Shown here: one piece after another, positions 10,217 to 19,319 of the stretch
Layout: the number at the start of each line of letters is the position of its first letter
Numbering within the stretch: position 1 is the first letter of the stretch
Translations under genes and position numbers: made by a program
NCBI RefSeq assembly: GCF_000008365.1
Contig: NC_006908.1
Span: 90,001-122,000 of the forward strand
Origin: Mycoplasma mobile 163K
GTDB lineage: Bacteria; Bacillota_I; Bacilli_A; Mycoplasmatales; Metamycoplasmataceae
DNA: 32,000 nucleotides
Reading direction: 5' to 3'
Notes under the pieces: generated by a model
What the model saw: the letters and a program-made list of their open reading frames with translations, nothing else
What the model was told of the DNA's origin: nothing
The model's database searches: none

Positions 10217-11372
10217 AAAACGCCTCTTTTTGGATTTTTTCAATCAAATTATCTATATCATTTTTGTTGTTGTAATAAGTCAATGAAACTCTAATATATC
10301 CGTTATTTTCTTTTAAAAATTTAAGATTCTTTACGCAAAAATCTCCAGCTCTTACATAAATATTATTGTGTCCCAAATAAGAAACAACATCTTGAGAGGG
10401 ATATTTTTTTAATCTAAAAATTGCAATAAAATCAGAATCTTGAGAAATAATTTCAATATCTTTTAATAGTTTCAATTGTTGATGTAAATAAATAGATAAA
10501 TTTAATAAATACTTTTTAGATTCATCATTTAAAACATATTTTTGAACAAAATCTATTGCCTTGCTAAACTGATAAATTCCAGCTAAATTAGGAGTCCCTG
10601 CTTCAAAAGCTTTTATTGATTTACTAGATTCTCATTTTTCTCCATTCATTGAAACTGTTGATCCACCACCATAATAAGCAGGTTTTAACTTTACAAGTAA
10701 TTCTTTTTTAACTGCAAGAACACCAATACCAGTTGGACCAAACATTTTATTAGAGCTAAATACCACTACATCAGATTCATTTTTTAAATCAATTTTTTCA
10801 GAAATAACAGCTTGTGCAGCATCATTAATTAAAATGATATTCTTATCCTTACAAATTTCATATAATGACTTCAAATTTTTCTTTTTCAACAGTGCATTAT
10901 TAACTTGAGAAATTGCAATCAATTTTGTTTTTTTTGTAATTCTATTTATTATCGAATCATTTTCACTTTCTTCTGAAAAAATGATTTTGGCATTTACTTC
11001 TTTTGCTATCTCAATTCAAGGCACCATATTAGATGAATGATTGAAAGTTGATAAAATAATTTCATCATTTTCTTTTAATAATCTTTTTAACATAAGAGCT
11101 ACCATGTTTAAACTTTGAGTTGTTCCTGAAGTGATAATGATTTCATTACTATTTCCATTAATTAAATTCGCTACTTTTTCTCTAGTATCTTCAATATTTT
11201 TCAAAGCTTTTATTCCTAATAAAGAGTCTGAACTGTGCGAATTCACTGAAAAATTTGAGTAATACTCTTCATTTGCTTTAATTACACTCAAGGGTTTTTG
11301 TACTAGTGCTGCACTATCTAAATAAATTATTTTTTTTAAAATAGGAAACTGATTTCTAAATTCCTCATTCAT
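10203..11372 (-). CDS. sufS: Cysteine desulfurase (class V aminotransferase; SufS/Csd-like), 389 aa
   Basis: Track ORFs 11016-11372, 10632-10922 and 10203-10475 share one frame and are joined by TGA only. The product contains TSGTTQSLN, SSNKMFGPTGIGVL (PLP-lysine region) and RAGDFC (catalytic Cys region). Confidence 0.85.
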
Positions 11373-11374
11373 TA

Positions 11375-12100
11375 TTATTTCCTTTCAAACAAACTAATAT
11401 ATTCAGTATTCTTACTTTTTTTCCCTTTAATTTTGCATTCTTTTATAGATTTAAGTAAAAAACTTTCACTTCCATAATTAATCACTTTATTAATTATATC
11501 ATTATGAATTTCTTTGTTTACGATACCACCTGTTAAAACATCACTAGAATTTGCTTCAAATTGTGGTTTAATTAGTAAAATTAAGTTCACTCCTTTGTCT
11601 AAAAAATTTAAAACTTTAAAAACTTCTTTTGAACTAATAAAAGAAACATCACATGTAACAAGTTCAATTTTTTCGCTAAATAAGTTCTTTGAAATTTGCT
11701 TCAAATTTGTATTTTCTTTTGAAATAACTTTTGGATTTATTCTAAGAGAATAATCTAATTGATTAGTTCCTACATCTAAAGCAAATACTTTTTCAGCACC
11801 ATACTTTAATAATACTTCAATAAATCCTCCAGTAGAACTACCAATATCTAAAACAATCTTATTTTTAATTTCTTTTTTTAAATTAAATTCCTCAATTGCA
11901 TCTAAAAGTTTATACGCCCCTCTTGACACATATTCTTTTTTGTTATTTAATAAAATTTCATCATCTTTAATAGTTAAAAAATTAGGGTCAGCAATAATTT
12001 TTTTATTAACAATTATTTGTTTATTTCTAATTAATAAGCTAGCTTTTGAATTAGTAAAGTCAAATTTTTCTATCACTCTATCTATTAATTTAATTTTCAT
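11375..12100 (-). CDS. tlyA: TlyA-family rRNA 2'-O-methyltransferase (hemolysin A-like)
   Basis: The 241-aa product has an S4-like N-terminus. It contains VSRGAYKLLDAIEEF and VLDIGSSTGGF, the SAM-binding motif. Confidence 0.85.
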   Translation of the reverse strand: MKIKLIDRVIEKFDFTNSKASLLIRNKQIIVNKKIIADPNFLTIKDDEILLNNKKEYVSRGAYKLLDAIEEFNLKKEIKNKIVLDIGSSTGGFIEVLLKYGAEKVFALDVGTNQLDYSLRINPKVISKENTNLKQISKNLFSEKIELVTCDVSFISSKEVFKVLNFLDKGVNLILLIKPQFEANSSDVLTGGIVNKEIHNDIINKVINYGSESFLLKSIKECKIKGKKSKNTEYISLFERK

Positions 12101-12130
12101 TTAAATATAATAACATCAATAATATTAAAT

Positions 12131-12637
12131 CTACAAAACCCAAATCAAGATCTGCTTGTATCATAAGTTAAAATTTGGATTTAGTTTCTTCAAATCGTTA
12201 ACAAAGTTAGTTAATTCGTCTCTTTTTTTTGAATTTAATTCAGTAAAATTTTCTTTTGTATAAATATTTTTTATTTTATATTTTTCATCATAATAAAAAG
12301 ATGATATTTGGTAAATGTAAAATAAAAATTTACTTAAATAAATTCAATTTGCATCTTTGAAATTTCATTCTGCATTTTTTCCAATATATTCTACAAATTC
12401 ATCAAATAAATGGAACTGTTTTTCTTTTTTTATCAAATTAATTTCTAAATTTATTAAATATTCTACATTTGCTTTTTCGTTAAATATTAGTGCAATTTTT
12501 GAAAGTAAAAATCTCATTTGTTTATGTTGAAATTTTAATTTGTAATTTTTTAATTTTTTCTTTGACTTTAATTTTCTTTTAATTATTTTAATTTTCTTTT
12601 TTACTATTCTTAAGTTCAGCATATATTTTTGATACAT
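12131..12637 (-). CDS. Hypothetical protein with a highly basic N-terminus; start uncertain
   Basis: Track ORF 12365-12637 extends through three TGA codons to a TAG at 12131-12133. The N-terminus is KKKIKIIKRKLKSKKKLKNYKLK. If 12637 is the start, the gene overlaps the nusB 3' end by 50 nt. Alternative ATG starts lie at 12622 and 12517. I recognise no motif. Confidence 0.45.
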
Positions 12638-12992
12638 TATCTAAAACTCCATTGACAAATTTAAATTTGTCATACTCACAATATTCTTTTGTAATTTCAA
12701 TCATTTCATTAATAACAATTTTTTTATCTAAAAAAGCAAGTTCAAAAGTGCCTACTAACAAAATTGATCTTATCAAAGGATTAATTCTAAATCATTCTCA
12801 ATCTTTAGTAAAAGTTGAAAGAATCATTTTTTTTATTGAATCATATTTTTTTTCAATTCATTCAACAATTTTTAAATTATGTTTTGATACTTCTTCTTCT
12901 ATAAAAATTTTTTGGGAATCAATTTTTCATTCCATTAGTTCATATTTGTATAGAATGTTTATTAAAGAAATTCTTTCTTCTCGCTTAGTCAT
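12588..12992 (-). CDS. nusB: Transcription antitermination factor NusB
   Basis: Codon-by-codon manual translation from ATG at 12992 gives MTKREERISLINILYKYELMEWKIDSQKIF...DWEWFRINPLIRSILLVGTFELAFLD...FVNGVLDNV. There are five in-frame TGA codons. The track shows only the last 62 aa (12588-12776). Confidence 0.8.
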
Positions 12993-13011
12993 AATTTAAT
13001 TTTATATTAAA

Positions 13012-13920
13012 TTAAATATAACTATTAGAATAGTCATATTTGTAAAAATATTTTTTTTGTAATAATTTTGTAACATCTACTAAAGGTATAATAAGTAAAG
13101 TAAAAAGAGGAATAACTAAAGCAGATTTTAAAATAATTCTCAAAGAAATAATAGGAAAATTTCTTTGCAAAGTAAATGGTACCCTTCCTTTTGCTAAAAA
13201 AACATTATAATATTCAATAAAAGCAATTGGCCCTCATAGTCATCTAGCAAATATTTTGATGAAAATTATTAATGCTAATATATAAATAATTCTTTTATAA
13301 ATGTTTTTCCCCGTTCTAATGTATTTTAAAAAACAAAAAATATTTATAAAAATAACAGTAACAGAAATTAGCGAAATTGCTAGAATAGCAAAAAAAGTCA
13401 CTTGACCATTTAATCCATCTATTTTTAAATTGTTTCTGATTCAACCTAAAGAAAACACTGCAAAAACACTCGCTAAAGATACAATTGATAAACTAAAAGG
13501 AATTACAAATAGTTTGTCATTTTTATTCCTATATAAAAGAAAGAAAAAATATGAAATAATTGCAATTAAAGGTGGAGTTATTGCATAATGAATTAGTCAA
13601 AAAGCAATTCTTCCAGTTAATAACAAAGAAAATGTGTCTGCAAAAATAGCTCAAAAAGCTCCTTTAAAAGGACCAAAAATTATACCAATAAGAATAAAAA
13701 ATAAGTAATCAAAATTAATTCTAGTAACACCAATTAAAGTGTAATTAACTAGAGCTGCAACAATTAGATATAATCCCATTAAAATTCCCATCAAAGCAAT
13801 ATCTTTAATCGATAGATAAAAATTTGTTTTTAAAAAATTTGAAACATTCGCTTTATTTCATTTTCATTTTTCAACATTGCTATGTAATTGTTCATTTGTC
13901 AATAATTTTATTTTATTCAT
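13012..13920 (-). CDS. Polytopic membrane protein, ECF-transporter S-component-like, 302 aa
   Basis: This gene is absent from the track because it contains many TGA codons. Manual translation from ATG at 13920 to a TAA at 13012-13014 gives 302 codons in one frame. It reads MNKIKLLTNEQLHSNVEKWKWNKAN...IGIIFGPFKGAFWAIFADTFSLLLTG..., with about 6 TM helices. The FGPxxGA segment is typical of ECF S components. An SD (taaggag) lies upstream. Confidence 0.5.
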
Positions 13921-14075
13921 TAGATAACTCCTTATAAATAAAATAAAAAAGCTTTTAATTCAAAAGTAATTATGGATTAAAAAGTGGATGAAGTACTTTG
14001 CTTGTAAATTTTATTTTACTAGTAATAAGTTCTACTCCCATCTTATTACCTAAACAAAGTACCGGCTCTTTTATT
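13921..14075 (-). promoter_or_regulatory. Structured 5' leader (riboswitch-like, unclassified) upstream of the ECF S-component operon
   Basis: A minus-strand TATAAT (plus 14082-14087) is followed by nested helices. P1 is GGTACTTTG/CAAAGTACT (plus 14055-14063 and 13992-14000). P2 is GTAATAAG/CTTATTAC (plus 14042-14049 and 14022-14029), closing the 12-nt loop AUGGGAGUAGAA. Next come a weak CUUUU/AAAAG hairpin with a U-run and then the SD. The segment is G+C-enriched relative to its flanks. Confidence 0.35.
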
Positions 14076-14140
14076 TTAGCTATTATATAAATACAATAGA
14101 TGTTTTAATTATATATATTAAAATTTTATTTATGTTTCTT

Positions 14141-15982
14141 TTAATTGATTTCTTCAGTAGATTTTTTCTTATTAAATCATTTTTTCTTAGCAATGCTTCT
14201 TGTAAATGTACATTCAGGCCAGTTAGCACAAGCTATAAAACGATCTCCGCGACGCGAATTTTTATAAATTAAAACTCCTCCATCATCTGGACACTCTTCT
14301 CCAACTTGCTCTGGAATAAGAATCGTTCTTTCTAAAGTTAAATATGCAGTATCAAGAGTTTCACTAAATAAGTCTCAAAAATCTTGCAAAACTTTTTTAT
14401 AATCAATTTTATTTTCTGCAATTAAATCTAAATCAGCTTCAACTTTAGCTGTATATTCTTCATTAATTGTTCCAGGGAAGCTAATTAAAAGTTTTTCCAG
14501 AACTTGGAAACCAAAATCAGAAGGTTCCAAATTAGTAGCTTCAGCTTTAACATAAAGTCTTTCTTTAAGTTTGCTTACTGTTGCTGCAAAAGTAGAAGGA
14601 CGCCCAATTTTTAAATCATCTAGCATTTGAATTAAAGTACCATCATTATATCTAGCAGGAGGTTTTGTTTCATGATCAGAATAAACATATTGTTTAACTT
14701 CAATTTTTTGACCTTCAGTGTAAATAGGCAATTCTTTATCTCTATCGTATCCATCAATTACATAATATCCATCAAAAATTACTTTACTACTTGATAATTT
14801 AAATTTATGAGAATTATTTTCTAATTCATACCTTAAAGTAGAACGAATAGGTGATTTCATTAATGCTTGTAAAGTTGTATTGTAAATGAAAGTATAAACT
14901 CTAAGTTCAGCTCCTTCAATACCATATTTAGCAACAGCCATTTCTGGTGTTAAACTAACATCTGTTGGTCTAATTGCTTCATGGGCATCTTGGTCACCTG
15001 CAACACCTTTAATAGATTCTGAAAAATATTGCTTTCCAAATTTTTTTTCAATATATTTTTTAGATTCATTAATGAAAGTTTGGCTTAGTCTTGTGGAATC
15101 AGTTCTTGGATAGGAAATTAAGCCACCTTCATCATAACCTTCATAAAGCCTTTGCATTGCACTTTGGATAACATTTGAACTTCCTTGAACTTTACGAAAT
15201 ACAACAGATTGCTTCAACGGAGTAATTTGAGCTTCTGTTCTTTGTCCTGTTTTAATACTTTTTACTTCCAAAGGTCCTTTGATTTCTTTTTTAATTTTTT
15301 CAATATCTTTTGGATAAATTCAACTACGATGATCTCCATCATGATTAGAGTTAAAATATTCGGCAACTACATCTTCACTTATTTTTGCCTCCAAAGTATG
15401 ATATTTTTCAGGTTCAAATGCTTTAATTTCATTTTCACGATCAATAATTAGTTTTAAACCAATTGATTGAACTCTTCCTGCAGTAGGTTTTGTTGGATAA
15501 TTTGATAATTTTGAAGCCATCAATTTACTTAATCTAAAACCTATAATTCTATCTAACATTCTTCTTGCTTTTTGAGCATTGACTAAATTTAAATCAAGTT
15601 TTGTTGGATTTTCCATTGCTGTTAAAATTGCATTTTTTGTAATCTCTCCATACCTAATTCTTGAATATTTATCCTCTAAATTTAAAAAATGAACAAGATT
15701 TTCACCAATTGCTTCTCCTTCACGATCTAAATCAGTTGCAATGAAAACTTCTTTTGCATTTTTAACAGCTTTTTTTAGTTCAGAAACAACTTTTTTCTTT
15801 GTTGGATCTAGAACATATTGTGGCTCTCAATTTTCTAAGTCAATTCCTAATTGAAATTTTCCTGAAGCAGGTAATTTTACAATATGCCCTACAGAAGCAA
15901 GAACTTCATAATCTTTTCCTAAATATTTTGAAATTGTTTTTACTTTATTTGGAGACTCAACAATTACTACTTTTTCTGCCAT
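14141..15982 (-). CDS. topA: DNA topoisomerase I, 613 aa
   Basis: Manual translation from ATG at 15982 (SD taaggag) begins [22 protein letters not shown]...[11 protein letters not shown] (Toprim). It is in frame with track ORFs 15320-15616 and 14375-15271. TGA read-through adds a C-terminal zinc ribbon (CPDDGG...[10 protein letters not shown]), ending at a TAA at 14141-14143. Confidence 0.95.
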
Positions 15983-16110
15983 ATTACTCCTTAAAATAAT
16001 TTATTAATTAACTTAATTTTATATTTTTATTTTAATTTTCTTAATTTTCAATTTTATTTTTCAATTTTTAAAAAAACATACTACCTCAAAAACACATTTT
16101 CAAATAAAAT

Positions 16111-16139
16111 TTAGCAAAATCTAAAACAAAGTATATAAT
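16111..16139 (+). promoter_or_regulatory. Promoter of the SRP RNA gene
   Basis: TTAGCA at 16111-16116 is followed by a 17-nt spacer and TATAAT at 16134-16139. The predicted start is about 16145. Confidence 0.55.
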
Positions 16140-16143
16140 AAAA

Positions 16144-16227
16144 GAGCCATTAGAATAGCAACCTTGTAACTTGGTCAGGACAGAAATGAAGCAGCCACAT
16201 CGAGAAGTGTTATGTCTAATGGTTTTT
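16144..16227 (+). ncRNA. ffs: Signal recognition particle RNA (small 4.5S-type SRP RNA)
   Basis: The gene contains the conserved domain IV core GGTCAGGACAGAAATGAAGCAGCCA with a GAAA apical loop. The terminal helix pairs agccattaga with tctaatggtt and is followed by a T-run. Confidence 0.85.
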
Positions 16228-16270
16228 GTTTAAAATTAAACAAAAACAATTATTATAAATTTGGAGATAT

Positions 16271-16789
16271 ATGAAAATAAAATCAAACAATGTTAAAAAT
16301 TCAATTTTGCATCCTGATTTTGGAGGATATGGTAATAAAATGGACAAAAATCAGGCGCCTTCACATTCTTTACACCTAGAATGAGAAGAAGTTTCAGGAG
16401 CAAAATCATATGCACTAGAAATGATTGATTATGAAGCAAGTGGAGTAGTTGGATTTCCATTTATTCACTGAGTAGTTGCAAATATAAAAACAAACTCTTT
16501 AGAAGAAGGTGCTAGCTTAAAAAATCAAAGCATTTTACAAGGTGTAAATTCAAGAACTCCAAAAGGAATTGTTCCAGAAGCTTTTAGAGCTCCAACAATC
16601 GAACTTGCTTCACAGTATTTTGGTCCTTATCCACCTGATCAAAGTCATGACTATGTTATAAGAATTTACGCTTTAAATGTAGAAAAGTTGAATTTGGCTA
16701 AGAATTTTAATTTAGCAGATTTACATAGAGCAATCAAAGGCCATGTTATTGATAAAGGAAAATTCGTCTTCACATATTTAAAAAAATAA
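16271..16789 (+). CDS. YbhB/YbcL-family (PEBP, Raf-kinase-inhibitor-like) protein, 172 aa
   Basis: This gene is absent from the track. Manual translation from ATG at 16271 (SD ggaga) has two in-frame TGA codons and ends at a TAA at 16787-16789. It contains FPFIHWVVANI and YFGPYPPDQSHDYVIRIYAL, which are PEBP hallmarks. Confidence 0.85.
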
Positions 16790-16818
16790 AAATTTTTATA
16801 TTATAATAAAATTTGTGT

Positions 16819-16895
16819 GGTCTCGTAGCTCAGTCGGATAGAGCACAAGCCTTCTAAGCTTGTTGTCACAGGTTCGATTCCTGTCGAGATCGCCA
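16819..16895 (+). tRNA. tRNA-Arg (anticodon UCU), CCA encoded
   Basis: The full cloverleaf was traced by hand. The acceptor stem is ggtctcg/cgagatc, the D arm gctc-agtcggata-gagc, and the anticodon arm caagc-cTTCTAa-gcttg. The T arm is acagg-ttcgatt-cctgt, followed by discriminator g and cca. The total is 77 nt. Confidence 0.95.
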
Positions 16896-17001
16896 TTTTT
16901 TTATGCTTTTTTGCATTTTTTGCGAAATTATATATTTTATTTTTTATTAAATTTTGCTTTCAAAATATTAGTTTAAAAATTATAAAAAAATGGTTAAAAA
17001 A

Positions 17002-17009
17002 TGTAAAAT
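17002..17009 (+). promoter_or_regulatory. Extended -10 box TGTAAAAT, 7 nt upstream of the ATG at 17016 (leaderless transcript predicted)
   Basis: TGTAAAAT is at 17002-17009. No SD lies between it and the ATG. The same box and spacing occur at secA. Confidence 0.4.
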
Positions 17010-17015
17010 GATATT

Positions 17016-17747
17016 ATGCCTGATTCTAATGAACAAAGAAGTTCAAATAGTCCAAAAAATTACTATGATGTAATAGTGGAAAAAATCAAGACTAAAATAT
17101 TGGAAAATTCTAAAGAAGCCTTATTTTTAGTCGAAAAAGAACTAAATGCTCCATACATTCCAAAAGAATATGAAAATATTTTTAGGGAACTTTTACTTAA
17201 AGCAATTCAAAATTACGAAAATAATCGTGCTCAAATAAAATTAAGTCCAAGTGAATGTTTAGAGATTTTGATTTCAAAAAATAGAAGACTAAAACCCCTT
17301 GCTTTAGCTGAATTGAGAAACTATGCTTTAAGACCTTTTATTAATGAAATTAACCAGCTATTTCAAAAAGAAGAAATCGAAATTCAAATAAAGGCCTCTA
17401 TCTATGAATTCTTATGTGAACAAGATATAAATTTTGAATTCAAAATTGGTAAAGAATCACTCAATCCAGTCAAAAACAAATCATTAGTAAATAACTCATT
17501 TTATTTATTAAATAGGAATAAAATTAATGAAAAAACATTTAAGGATGTTTCTATAACTAATGTGGCTCTAGAAATTTTAAATTCATATTGTGCAACTGTT
17601 TTTCCAGAGGCAATTCTTATTGGAGAAAAAGACTATAGCACTGAATTTATTTACATTGCTAAAAAATTATTGGGTATCGAAAAGGATGAGGAAAAAACTC
17701 CTTTATGTGATATTATATATAGTAGGATTTTTTCAAACAATTCTTAA
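17016..17747 (+). CDS. Conserved hypothetical protein upstream of tig (possibly DUF3196 / MPN330-like)
   Basis: The 243-aa ORF has no TGA. It is helical and K/E-rich, and I recognise no catalytic motif. The family guess rests only on its position immediately upstream of trigger factor, as recalled for M. pneumoniae MPN330/MPN331. Confidence 0.35.
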   Translation: MPDSNEQRSSNSPKNYYDVIVEKIKTKILENSKEALFLVEKELNAPYIPKEYENIFRELLLKAIQNYENNRAQIKLSPSECLEILISKNRRLKPLALAELRNYALRPFINEINQLFQKEEIEIQIKASIYEFLCEQDINFEFKIGKESLNPVKNKSLVNNSFYLLNRNKINEKTFKDVSITNVALEILNSYCATVFPEAILIGEKDYSTEFIYIAKKLLGIEKDEEKTPLCDIIYSRIFSNNS

Positions 17748-17770
17748 AAGAAAAAAACATAGGAGACTTT

Positions 17771-19222
17771 ATGACAAAAACAGAAATTAACAAAAAAGAT
17801 TGAGAAATAAATGTAGTTGTTTCTTCAGAAAAAAAATTATGAAAAGCAAAACAAGATTTAGCTCTTTCAAATTTAGCGAAAACTTTAAAAATCAAAGGTT
17901 TTAGACCAGGAAAAGCAAGTGTGGAAGCTGCTAAAAAACACTTAAATCCAGAACAAATTCAAGAAGAAGCAGTTAAACTAATTGCAAATGATTTAGTAAA
18001 AATTGCATCTGAATCAATAGATGAGAGTTATATTGTTCTTGATTCACCAATTTATGAAGTTGAAAAAATGTCAGATGCAGAACTTGATTTGAAATTTTCA
18101 TATCCAATTTATCCTGAATTTAAAATAAAAAATTATAAATCTTTAAAAGTAACTTTAAGTAGAGCAAAAGTTTCGAAGGAAGATGTCGATTCAGAAATTG
18201 AAAAAATAAGAGAAAAAAATGCATTATTAATTAAGAAAACTAAAGATCAAGGAAAAGTAGCAAAAACAGACACTGTTAATATTGATTATGTTGGAAAAAT
18301 TGATGGAGAAGAATTTGATGGCGGAAAAGCATCTTCACATGAATTAGTAATTGGTTCAAAATCTTTTATTGATAATTTTGAAGACCAACTTATTGGTTTT
18401 AAATCAGGAGATAAAGTAGAAGTTAAGGTGTCATTTCCAGATGATTATCATTCAAGTAAATTTGCTGGAAAAAAAGCAATTTTTGATGTAAAAATCAATG
18501 ATGTTTTTACAAAGGAAAAACCTGTTAAAAACGATGATCTAGTTAAGTTTCTTAATAATCCAAAATTAAAAACTTTAGCAGAAATGGAAAATTATTTCAA
18601 AGATCTTATTAAAAATGAAAAAGATGAAAAATCAAAGGCAAGTTTTAAAAAAGATATTTTTGAAAAAATAATGAATGAAAATGAAATTCCAGTTCCTAGA
18701 TTAATCTTAATGAAAGAAACTACTAATGCCATTAGAGAATTTGAAAAAGATGTTAAAAAATATGGATTCACAGTAGAAAAATATTTAAAAATGCTTAATA
18801 TGAACTCAAAAGATTTTGTAACTAATTTAAATAAAGAATCAGAATTGAAATTGAAAGAAGCTTTAATTTACACAGAAATTTCTAAACTAGAAAAAATTGA
18901 AGCTCAACCTGAAGATTATGATGTTAAATATAAAAAGTTTGCAAAACTATATAATGTAAGTTTAGATTCAGTAAAATCAATGATTACACAACAACAAGCT
19001 CAAGTAGCGATCGTAAACGAAAAAATTTTAGAATTTTTAATCAAACATAATGCAATTGAAAAAAATTCTGTTGGAGAAGAACCCAAATTGTCAACTACAA
19101 AAAAAGTAGTTGAACCAACAGAAGAAAAAACAAGAAAGGATTCTAAAATGTCAACAAAAAAACCAGCTGCAAAACCAGCTGCAAAACCTGCAGCAGCAAC
19201 AAAAAAACCAGTTAAAAAATAA
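17771..19222 (+). CDS. tig: Trigger factor, 483 aa, with a Lys/Pro/Ala-rich C-terminal extension
   Basis: The ATG at 17771 is preceded by an SD (taggaga). The product begins MTKTEINKKDWEINVVVSSEKKLWKAKQDLALSNLAKTLKIKGFRPGKAS, the ribosome-binding signature GFRPGK. It is in frame with track ORF 17921-19222, which contains the FKBP-type PPIase region DYVGKIDGEEFDGG. Confidence 0.9.
19160..19195 (+). repeat. Three tandem 12-nt units encoding (KPAA)3 inside the tig 3' end
   Basis: The sequence reads aaaccagctgca aaaccagctgca aaacctgcagca. Confidence 0.8.
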
Positions 19223-19239
19223 TTTAAAACTAAATTTTT

Positions 19240-19275
19240 ACCCAAACCTATTTTACGGTTTGGGTTTATTTTTAA
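19240..19275 (+). terminator. Intrinsic terminator of tig
   Basis: A 9-bp stem acccaaacc/ggtttgggt closes the loop tattttac. The T-rich tail ttattttt follows. Confidence 0.75.
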
Positions 19276-19305
19276 AATTTTGCTTTTTTAAAAAGGTTTT
19301 TTTGT

Positions 19306-19313
19306 TGTAAAAT
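19306..19313 (+). promoter_or_regulatory. Extended -10 box TGTAAAAT, 7 nt upstream of the secA ATG (leaderless transcript predicted)
   Basis: TGTAAAAT is at 19306-19313 and the ATG at 19320. There is no SD. Confidence 0.4.
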
Positions 19314-19319
19314 TACAAT

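Noticed and set aside
12540-12600. A direct repeat ttaattttctttt occurs twice, about 20 nt apart.
   Set aside because: It is the reverse complement of Lys/Ile/Arg codon runs (AAAAGAAAATTAA) in the basic N-terminus or 5' region of the hypothetical ORF. It is compositional, not a discrete repeat element.
13990-14065. I considered assigning the ECF leader to the THF riboswitch class because the hairpin loop contains GGGAGUAG.
   Set aside because: I could not find the other conserved THF-riboswitch elements I recall (the GCGUG and GGGAUG segments and the pseudoknot partner). The class assignment is dropped and the element is reported as unclassified.
16001-16077. A T-tract-rich segment with a tandem ttaattttc ttaattttc and repeated aatttt units lies between topA and ffs. 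I considered phased bent DNA, a replication-origin-like element, or a repeat family.
   Set aside because: I measured the T-tract spacing as irregular (roughly 5 to 9 nt), not helically phased. The repeats are short and degenerate, and there are no DnaA-box-like motifs. It is best explained as low-complexity AT-rich promoter spacer.
16896-16925. A possible terminator hairpin atgc-tttttt-gcat lies after tRNA-Arg.
   Set aside because: The stem has only 4 bp in a T-rich context, which is too weak to call as a feature. It may still contribute to tRNA 3' end formation.
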